From: Candidatus Hydrogenedentota bacterium
GTDB taxonomy: Bacteria > Hydrogenedentota > Hydrogenedentia > Hydrogenedentales > SLHB01
NCBI GenBank assembly: GCA_045863295.1
Contig: BTWA01000065.1
Span: forward strand, 1-16,821
Length of the DNA stretch: 16,821 bases
Reading direction: 5' to 3'
Shown here piece by piece: positions 8,519-15,028 of the stretch. The notes below the pieces were generated by a model. It was not told where the DNA came from. It did no database searches and saw nothing but the letters and a program-made list of their open reading frames with translations. Position 1 is the stretch's first letter. Each line of letters begins with the position of its first letter. Made by a program: the position numbers and the translations under genes.

Positions 8519-9580
8519 ATGTTGGCTCGGGTACAATCATGTGCCATACACGGCATTGAGGGCGTTCCCCTGATTGTCGAGGTGGACAACCGCCCCGGCG
8601 AATTCAAAATGATTCTGGTGGGCCTTCCAGACATGGCTGTGAAGGAAAGCCAGGAACGCGTCACGTCCGCGCTCACCAATTCCGGATTTCGGTTTCCCCG
8701 CGGCAGAAACGTTATCAATCTCGCCCCGGCTGATATGCGCAAAGAAGGCAGTGCCCTGGATTTGCCCATCGCGCTCGGTCTCCTCGCAGCAACGGACCAA
8801 ATCAAGGCCGACTCGATGGAACAGTACATCATCGTGGGGGAACTGGCACTGAACGGGGCCGTGCGCCCGGTAGACGGCGCCTTGCCCATGGCCATATCCG
8901 CGAAGGATCGTGGTTTACGCGGTATTGTCGTGCCTGAGGAAAATGCCGTGGAAGCGGGTATTCTTCCAGGCATCGATGTAATCCCCGTGCGAAACCTCGC
9001 CGAGGCCGCGGGATTCATACACGGTACAACCCAGATTGCGCCTCACGTCACCGACGCGGATCAGTATTTCAAACAGGCACGCAACGGCAAATTCGACCTC
9101 TCCGACGTGAAAGGTCAGGCGCACGTCAAACGTGCCTTAACCATAGCCGCTGCGGGCGGACACAATCTGTTGATGGTTGGTCCCCCGGGCACGGGCAAGA
9201 CGATGCTCGCCGCGAGGCTTCCCACCATTCTACCCGATATCACATTCGACGAAGCGCTCGAAACATCACGAATTTACAGTGTTGCCGGAACGCTGGTGGG
9301 CGGATCGCGCCTTGTCGCACAAAGACCCTTTCGATCGCCCCATCACACCGCAACTACGGTGTCCATTTGCGGCGGAGGCGGCGGCCAACGCCCCATGCCC
9401 GGCGAAGTGAGCATGGCGCACAACGGCGTACTTTTTCTGGACGAACTCCCGGAGTTCAATCGCGGCGCGCTTGAAGCCCTGCGGCAACCGCTTGAAGACG
9501 GCATAGTCCATATCCGGCGCGCGAACTATTCCGTGACTTTTCCGAGCCGGGTCTTGCTTGTCGTCGCCATGAATCCGTGA
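8519..9580 (+). pseudogene. comM: comM/yifB Mg-chelatase-like AAA+ ATPase, 5' two-thirds only, interrupted by element insertion
   Basis: [47 protein letters not shown], Walker [17 protein letters not shown], Walker [18 protein letters not shown]. It ends at VAMNP-stop, where the family continues CPCG plus roughly 150 aa. Confidence 0.93.
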
Positions 9581-11076
9581 AGTTGCGTTGCCTTGGCACC
9601 ATCAATTCTGGAACCTAGCGGTGAATAGGCTAGGTGGATTTCGATATCCCCTTGGCCGACAACGATTTGGTCGGTAATGTGTTCGACGATTCGTCGTCGA
9701 TCTTCCGTCTCCAATTTAGGCCAGCGTTCATGCAGATCCTGGGCATCAGACAACACTTCATCCGTGGACAGCATGTTGACTTTGAGATAGTCAATCTCCG
9801 CACTGACCTTTGCTGACTCGGCGGTCAATTGGTCCAGGCGTTCTTGGAGAGGATCGTACCGGTGCCGGAAGCCTGCCGAGGGGATCTCGCCCCGGTGGTG
9901 CAACTCAAAAAGTTGGTCTAACTTCTGCTGCGTTTCTTGCTTTTCCATTTCCAACTTGGAACGCAATTGTTCCCGATGAATAATCTCCAAATTGGCGTCC
10001 GCCAACAGAGACGAGACCTCGTCTGGGGAAAACAAGAACTCACGGAGCTGCTCATAATAGACCCCTTCCAAGTCCACAATGGGGATCTTGTTGCGGCACT
10101 TGGGACAGACATACTTTGGGGAATTCGACGGCACTTGCATCTTTTGGCCACAGGCGCAAAAGGCCAAACCCGCGAATAAATGAACGGGCCTCTTGCCGGG
10201 TCGTCTGGCCAAGCGTCGTCGCTGTTCGTCCAGGATGACGTTGCATTGGTCCCACAGCTCTTCCTGGACGATGGGTTCCACCTCGGACAGGACCCAATCG
10301 CTCTCTGGCTTGGGAACCCAATGCTTCTTTTCGCCGAGACTCTTGGTATAGTTGGCCCGCCTCACCCCTTTGGCAATCGGGTCACGGATGAGCCGGTCGA
10401 CAGTGGTATCCGACCACAAGCCGCCGTTTCGGGTCCGAAACCCCGCCTCATTGAGCTTGCGCGCAACCGTCTTCTTGCGCCGATACTGCAGGAACAATTC
10501 ATAAATCTGTCGGCGCACGGCTGTTTCGTCCGGGTTGGGAACGATTTTGCCATCCTTCCAGGAATAGCCATACGGGGCTTGGCCCCCTAGGGGCTTGCCC
10601 AACTTGGCGCGAATCGGTACGGACGCCGCCACCCGTTCCGCGATTTCCGATCTCTCCCACTCCGCCATGGCGGCCACGATGGTGAAGAACAAGCGACCAG
10701 CGGCGGTTGAGGTGTCAATGGCTTCTTGGAGCGAAATGAGATCCGCCCTGTGAGATTGAAAGACATCGGCGAAGTCCAATAGATCCCGGGTGCTGCGGGC
10801 CAAACGGGCCAGCTTGGAGAAGATTAGACCGGTGATGTGGCCGCGTTGCAGATCAGTGAGCATGCGGCGAGTCTCGGCGTGTTCCTTGACATACTTGCCG
10901 CTGACGCCTTCCAGGCGATAGACCTCGACGACCTGCCACCCCTTGGCCTCGGCATAGCATTTGGCTCGTTGCTCGTGATGCTGTGGACTCTCTCCTCTGG
11001 CTTGATCTTCAGTGGATACCCGAATCCAGATACCAACTCGTTTGACAGATGAATTCTCGGTCTTTTCCCGCGCCAT
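9526..11076 (-). CDS. Large serine recombinase (integrase), probably comM-targeting
   Basis: WIRVSTEDQ (catalytic Ser), [37 protein letters not shown] recombinase domain, zinc ribbon CACG...CPKC, coiled coil. SD GAGGAGG at 11084-11090. Confidence 0.95.
   Translation of the reverse strand: MAREKTENSSVKRVGIWIRVSTEDQARGESPQHHEQRAKCYAEAKGWQVVEVYRLEGVSGKYVKEHAETRRMLTDLQRGHITGLIFSKLARLARSTRDLLDFADVFQSHRADLISLQEAIDTSTAAGRLFFTIVAAMAEWERSEIAERVAASVPIRAKLGKPLGGQAPYGYSWKDGKIVPNPDETAVRRQIYELFLQYRRKKTVARKLNEAGFRTRNGGLWSDTTVDRLIRDPIAKGVRRANYTKSLGEKKHWVPKPESDWVLSEVEPIVQEELWDQCNVILDEQRRRLARRPGKRPVHLFAGLAFCACGQKMQVPSNSPKYVCPKCRNKIPIVDLEGVYYEQLREFLFSPDEVSSLLADANLEIIHREQLRSKLEMEKQETQQKLDQLFELHHRGEIPSAGFRHRYDPLQERLDQLTAESAKVSAEIDYLKVNMLSTDEVLSDAQDLHERWPKLETEDRRRIVEHITDQIVVGQGDIEIHLAYSPLGSRIDGAKATQLHGFMATTSKTRLGKVTE
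9560..9600. other. Left junction (attL-type site) of the integrated element within comM
   Basis: GCC ATG AAT CCG TGA: the expected Cys codon TGY is TGA (9578-9580) and ComM similarity stops there. The exact crossover cannot be fixed without the other junction. Confidence 0.8.
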
Positions 11077-11121
11077 GGTGCGGCCTCCTCATTAGCAGAG
11101 TCAGCTTGCTTTGTGCGTTCG

Positions 11122-11150
11122 ATTCTATGTGGAAAGGCTGCTCTTGTCCA
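11122..11150 (-). promoter_or_regulatory. Sigma70-type promoter for the integrase
   Basis: Minus strand TGGACA (11150-11145), 17 nt spacer, TAGAAT (11127-11122), about 45 nt upstream of the ATG. Confidence 0.65.
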
Positions 11151-11190
11151 GAGAAATGGCGGTGAACGGAAGCTAGGAACTACTTGCCAC

Positions 11191-11216
11191 GAAAAAGCCC
11201 AACATAGAGTTGGGCT
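11191..11216 (-). terminator. Intrinsic terminator downstream of hicA
   Basis: Minus strand AGCCCAAC-TCTAT-GTTGGGCT (8-bp stem) followed by TTTTC. Confidence 0.7.
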
Positions 11217-11243
11217 GGCAGATCTGATTTGGAACGATTTCCA

Positions 11244-11465
11244 CTACAGGAGAGTCACAAGTTCTTCCACAGTCAGACCTGCTTGTTTGATAATACTTTT
11301 CATCGTCGACCGTTTGAGGTCTCTGGAATGAACCGGCACAACTACTTCGCGACCATCGGGATGCTTGAGGATGCAGTGCGAACCGCTTTGGCGGGCTTCG
11401 GAGAAGCCGGCCTTTTTGAGGGCAGCGATGAGTTGGCGGGACTTAAGAGCAGGAAGGCGGCTCAT
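11244..11465 (-). CDS. hicA: HicA-family mRNA interferase toxin
   Basis: 73 aa basic protein with LKKAGF..RQSGSH (catalytic His), VVVPVH.RDL...T..SIIKQAGL. ATGA overlap with hicB. Confidence 0.93.
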   Translation of the reverse strand: MSRLPALKSRQLIAALKKAGFSEARQSGSHCILKHPDGREVVVPVHSRDLKRSTMKSIIKQAGLTVEELVTLL

Positions 11466-11710
11466 ACAGCCGAAGAAACGCTCACCTGGACTTGGACCGA
11501 GACCGGTTCGCGTGGAGGCCTCTCGGTGGGTACAGGTTTGCCATCTTCAATTAACGATTGCACATACAAGGAGATGGCATCACGGGCCATCTCCAATGCC
11601 TCTTCGTAGGTATCGCCTTCAGTGACGACAGCCGGTAAGGCCGGCACGGTCACCGTATAACCGCCTTCTTCTGCAGGCTCCAGAACGATGGTGTAGTTGA
11701 GTATGCTCAT
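11462..11710 (-). CDS. hicB: HicB-family antitoxin (short form, no C-terminal DNA-binding domain)
   Basis: YTIVLEPAEEGGYTVTVPALPAVVTEGDTYEEALEMARDAI...GKPVP. ATG 11710 has a GGAGA SD. 82 aa. Confidence 0.92.
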   Translation of the reverse strand: MSILNYTIVLEPAEEGGYTVTVPALPAVVTEGDTYEEALEMARDAISLYVQSLIEDGKPVPTERPPREPVSVQVQVSVSSAV

Positions 11711-11743
11711 GCGTCTGTTCTCCATAATCTTATTGCTGGTCTT

Positions 11744-11771
11744 AGTATAGCACCACAAGAAAGACTGTCAA
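11744..11771 (-). promoter_or_regulatory. Near-consensus sigma70 promoter of hicB-hicA
   Basis: Minus strand TTGACA (11771-11766), 16 nt spacer, TATACT (11749-11744), with extended -10 TGn. Confidence 0.75.
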
Positions 11772-11798
11772 ATGCATCGGGCGATCACAGTCAAGGCC

Positions 11799-11836
11799 AC
11801 AATAAAGCCATGCTTTGGGAAGTCCCGCAGCATGGC
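11799..11836 (-). terminator. Intrinsic terminator closing the HTH-RuvC-RuvC-DUF932-ORF operon
   Basis: GCCATGCT (11807-11814) / AGCATGGC (11829-11836) 8-bp stem with inner GGGA/TCCC, followed by TTTATTGT on the minus strand. It starts 5 nt after the stop at 11842. Confidence 0.65.
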
Positions 11837-11841
11837 GAAAT

Positions 11842-12108
11842 TTACATGCAACTCGTCTCCGAAGACGATTCAAATGCGTCTGGATAGGAGTCTCTCAGGG
11901 CATCGATATCGAGTTCGGCCTTTTGACAGTGGAATGTTGAACCATTGTCCAAATGCAGTTCGATACCGATTCCAGACACGTCATTGGCAAAGTGTACTTG
12001 CCGAATTGTCCGGCCAATGAGGAATTCGTGGAATTGAAGCCGAAGCCGGATGCCGTCCGGGGAATGGATGAAGGTTTCAAGGTCAGCCCGGTCACACAGG
12101 TCACCCAT
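11842..12108 (-). CDS. Hypothetical protein (88 aa, acidic)
   Basis: Starts 10 nt after the DUF932-like stop and ends just before a terminator. Globular-looking composition, no family recognised. Confidence 0.6.
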   Translation of the reverse strand: MGDLCDRADLETFIHSPDGIRLRLQFHEFLIGRTIRQVHFANDVSGIGIELHLDNGSTFHCQKAELDIDALRDSYPDAFESSSETSCM

Positions 12109-12118
12109 GGTAACGAGC

Positions 12119-13141
12119 CTAGGCGACTAATGTCAGTAGCCGGGATGCCCGGTAGTCGATTTGCGCCCGTTCCCCTGCGAACACGTTTCGTTGCGAGAGG
12201 CGTGTTAGGGCGTCTACCACCGAGTAGATCGTGAATTCGCCTTGGCCTTTGGCAATGGATAAGGCCTCTTTGGCAATTGCCCGGTTGATTCCTTGAGCCT
12301 GCAGGATAGGTATGACCTCGTCTTCATCATGCCCAAGGACTTCCTTCATGGCCTTGGTAATGACGCGGACAAAGCCGTCTTGTCGCTCGTCTCGCCGTTT
12401 GGTCAAGGTAACGAGAATCTCCCGGATGCTGTCCAAGGCCTCGTGAACATTGGTCGTGTGCTTGCGGGTGAACTCCACAATATCCACAGCATCCCAAACG
12501 ATATGGTTTTGACAGACCTTTTGAAACCAGAAGGTCTGTACACCCACGGTTCGCCGGCCCACCTCGGAGTTCCACAAGAAGAAACCGGGGGCAAAGAATT
12601 GGCCGTCGATCTCCGTCCAACCGGTCGGATCGATGAGAAAGCAGAACATGTCCTGCTCTCCGCAGTACAATCCGGTCCCGCCCCCCATCGCCTCCTGGGC
12701 CGCCTCGAAATCCGTGACGAATTCCAGTACCAGGGACAACAGATCGACATTGTAGAGACGGGTGTAACTGACGCCATGGACCGAGCGGATTTGGTCGCCC
12801 AACGTGAACACTTGAAGCGGTTTGTTCCCACGCGGAAGGGTTTCGCCAAGGACCAGACTGGCCGTCTTGGACGACAATCGGCTGACAGTCTCTTTGCTGA
12901 CTTCCGCCAGCTTGCAGACTTGGCCAAATACCCAGTCATTCAGGCCGAAGGGCTCGTCATTCGCCACCATCCGCAGACTGCCGTTGGTCGGTTCGATGCA
13001 CACGTCCATCGGGGAGTACCATCTGGTTTGGGACTCCTGCTTTTCCCGATGACAGTGTTCCCAGAGTTCGGACAGCGAGGAAAATCGCTCGTCCGGCCTC
13101 CGGGAGAAGAGTTGATTGTGCGCTTTGACAAGGTTCTGCAT
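12119..13141 (-). CDS. DUF932-like mobile-element protein
   Basis: 340 aa with LFSRRPDERFSSLSEL, GLYCGEQDMFCFLID, GFFLWNSEVG and QKVCQNHIVW, matching my recollection of the DUF932 NS..G and CxN motifs. SD AAAGGA. Confidence 0.75.
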   Translation of the reverse strand: MQNLVKAHNQLFSRRPDERFSSLSELWEHCHREKQESQTRWYSPMDVCIEPTNGSLRMVANDEPFGLNDWVFGQVCKLAEVSKETVSRLSSKTASLVLGETLPRGNKPLQVFTLGDQIRSVHGVSYTRLYNVDLLSLVLEFVTDFEAAQEAMGGGTGLYCGEQDMFCFLIDPTGWTEIDGQFFAPGFFLWNSEVGRRTVGVQTFWFQKVCQNHIVWDAVDIVEFTRKHTTNVHEALDSIREILVTLTKRRDERQDGFVRVITKAMKEVLGHDEDEVIPILQAQGINRAIAKEALSIAKGQGEFTIYSVVDALTRLSQRNVFAGERAQIDYRASRLLTLVA

Positions 13142-13264
13142 GTCTCAATCCTTTCTTGGGGGTGTCCCTGTTTTCACTCGGGAGACCAACCATTGGTCCC
13201 TCGGCTCCCAGAACAGAACTCTGCACTGGTAACCGAAGAACCAATTGACTGAGACACTTCTCCC

Positions 13265-13768
13265 CTACTTCAAATCATCCTGGGCTTTCAGACCCACTGC
13301 TACGGCATCGAACATGTGGCCATGAAATCGCTCCTTCCAGCGACGCTCCCGCACTACGAACGACCGTAGTTCTGGGAAACGCCACGTGACCATGAACGCG
13401 ACTTGGCGTTTGTTGGCGCCGCCTAGGCCGCAGAGGAACTTGCGGACAGAAGATGGCGAGTAGGCCCGTATTTTGAGTCCATGCTGCTTGCCCAAACGGG
13501 CAAGCGTCCTGACTATAGCGACATGGGTGGACATTCTTGGGGTGCGGCCTCGAAACGAGACTTCGATGGCCAGGACATTGGGCTTCAGATGCCCGATAAT
13601 CTCGTTGCCCACTTTCCGTACGGCTTGGACCGCACCTTGCTTGTCTAACCCCGGAGGCAGGACTTTGACTCCATGATAAAGTAGTTCGCCACCGTGCAGG
13701 ACGGCGTAGCCCAGATAGCGGGTGCCGGGATCGATGGCGAGGATGCGCTTTGTGTAATTATGCTTCAT
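13265..13768 (-). CDS. RuvC-like (RNase H fold) Holliday-junction resolvase/nuclease, copy 2 in transcription order
   Basis: RILAIDPGTRYLGYAV (Asp), VLAIE (Glu), SPSSVRKFLCGLGGANKRQV (RuvC P..VK....G.G.A.K.QV motif), HMFDAVAV (His/Asp). Confidence 0.88.
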   Translation of the reverse strand: MKHNYTKRILAIDPGTRYLGYAVLHGGELLYHGVKVLPPGLDKQGAVQAVRKVGNEIIGHLKPNVLAIEVSFRGRTPRMSTHVAIVRTLARLGKQHGLKIRAYSPSSVRKFLCGLGGANKRQVAFMVTWRFPELRSFVVRERRWKERFHGHMFDAVAVGLKAQDDLK

Positions 13769-13785
13769 GGGTTGATTGGTTATAC

Positions 13786-14304
13786 TTAAAGGCCCGTCGA
13801 CCTTTGGCTTTCCTCCCTGTACGTAATGGCAAAGGCCAGGGCGTCAAAAATACTCATACGTGGATCCTCGGACATCCATGGCTTGCGATAGGGCGGACGA
13901 TACAACCCCAAAACCGGGAATCGCTGCACTAAGGCTTGAACCCGTTCTTCCTTCGTGCGCGCTACCCACTTTCCAAAGGTCAGTTGCACTTGAGTAACGC
14001 TTGAACGTCCGACAGCCAATCCCAGACGGGTAACCATTCTCTCGACACCTTGTAGCGCCTTGCGGGCGCGCACGCCGCGGCGGCTTTCCTCGCCTTCCAG
14101 GTTCTCCATGACAATGATAGCCGGTTGGTAGCGTTCAATGAGCATCCGCACCCCTCCTTTCATGGAGGCATCATAGACACCAGGTAAACGCCGCACGCCC
14201 CAGTCCACCAGCCGGTCCTTGCCTTCCAATACAACAAACCCCATACCCCGATGAAACGGATCCAGAGCCAATACCCGCTCTGGATAATAGGGACGCGACA
14301 TCAT
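13786..14304 (-). CDS. Divergent RuvC-like (RNase H fold) nuclease, copy 1 in transcription order
   Basis: RVLALDPFHRGMGFVVLEG, IIVMEN, TKEERVQAL..RFP, SIFDALAFA. Collinear with the neighbouring RuvC. ATGA overlap with the HTH gene. Confidence 0.75.
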   Translation of the reverse strand: MMSRPYYPERVLALDPFHRGMGFVVLEGKDRLVDWGVRRLPGVYDASMKGGVRMLIERYQPAIIVMENLEGEESRRGVRARKALQGVERMVTRLGLAVGRSSVTQVQLTFGKWVARTKEERVQALVQRFPVLGLYRPPYRKPWMSEDPRMSIFDALAFAITYREESQRSTGL

Positions 14305-14660
14305 AGGATTTCGCCTACTTCATGGCTCTCCACTTCTTTAGCCAGAAATTGCAGCCACTTGTGTTTCGCCTCGATGAGTTTCCGACCTTTGGCTGTTTTT
14401 AGGTCAGCAAGGAGCGTCACAGCACGCTCCCGGATTCGCTCTTGGGCATCAAAGTAGACACCTTCGAACAACTTGTGCAACGGTGCGCCCAGGGCAAGTT
14501 CTAGGAGTATCGCGGTCTTAAGCGACGGGGATCGCTTGAACGCCTCGTAATGGGACACGGAACTGCCTGAACCATGCCCGATGAGCCGCGCCAGATCCTT
14601 GACGGTGAGGCCGGTCGCCTTGCGCGCCGACCGAATGTAATTCGATAAACAGTCGACCAT
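14301..14660 (-). CDS. XRE/Cro-family helix-turn-helix regulator
   Basis: NYIRSARKATGLTVKDLARLIG...SVSHYEAFKRSPSL...LELALG...LF, plus a C-terminal helical extension. Confidence 0.9.
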   Translation of the reverse strand: MVDCLSNYIRSARKATGLTVKDLARLIGHGSGSSVSHYEAFKRSPSLKTAILLELALGAPLHKLFEGVYFDAQERIRERAVTLLADLKTAKGRKLIEAKHKWLQFLAKEVESHEVGEIL

Positions 14661-14797
14661 TGTTAAAAAGCTAATGGGCTAATAATCATGGTTCCATTCT
14701 ATTTCGCTGCTGTTGCGGGAAGTAGTCGGGCAAGTATGACAGATGTGCCAGATTTGCCTTTCTCGCGCGATAGTTATCAAACAAGTAACTTATCGAA

Positions 14798-15004
14798 ATG
14801 CAAACGCCACTAAGCGAAGCGACAATTGTTAAACGATATCGGAAGTTGTATCCGCAATACACTGACGAGCAACTTATTGAAATTCATCAGCGCATGCTTA
14901 CACTCGTAGCGATACTTAGGCGAATCGTCCTACATAGGCGCGGTCAAAAGCTCACACACGAGTCTAGATTGACGTCATCAAGTATTCGATCTACGATTCG
15001 TTAA
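14798..15004 (+). CDS. Small basic hypothetical protein upstream of the second recombinase
   Basis: 68 aa, amphipathic helices (RKLYPQYTDEQLIEIHQRMLTLVAILRRI). Divergent from the HTH gene and ends 24 nt before the recombinase ATG. Confidence 0.55.
   Translation: MQTPLSEATIVKRYRKLYPQYTDEQLIEIHQRMLTLVAILRRIVLHRRGQKLTHESRLTSSSIRSTIR
14969..14997 (+). promoter_or_regulatory. Sigma70-type promoter for the second recombinase, inside the 3' end of the small ORF
   Basis: TTGACG (14969-14974), 17 nt spacer, TACGAT (14992-14997), 31 nt before ATG 15029. Confidence 0.65.
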
Positions 15005-15028
15005 AGAGTATTTTTTCCATTTTCTCAT

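Noticed and set aside
125..9511. Numerous 60-230 aa alternative-frame and antisense ORFs over the host genes
   Set aside because: No motifs, and they are fully overlapped by well-supported genes; typical of GC-rich coding DNA.
12293..13252. 319-aa plus-strand ORF
   Set aside because: Antisense shadow of the DUF932-like gene, which has the SD, motifs and operon context.
13265..14304. RuvC genes as TnpB/IscB/Cas12, IS110 or IS transposase components
   Set aside because: Each is a compact ~170-aa stand-alone RuvC fold with no split RuvC, zinc finger, HNH or second transposase domain. No CRISPR or tandem repeat array is seen in the window.
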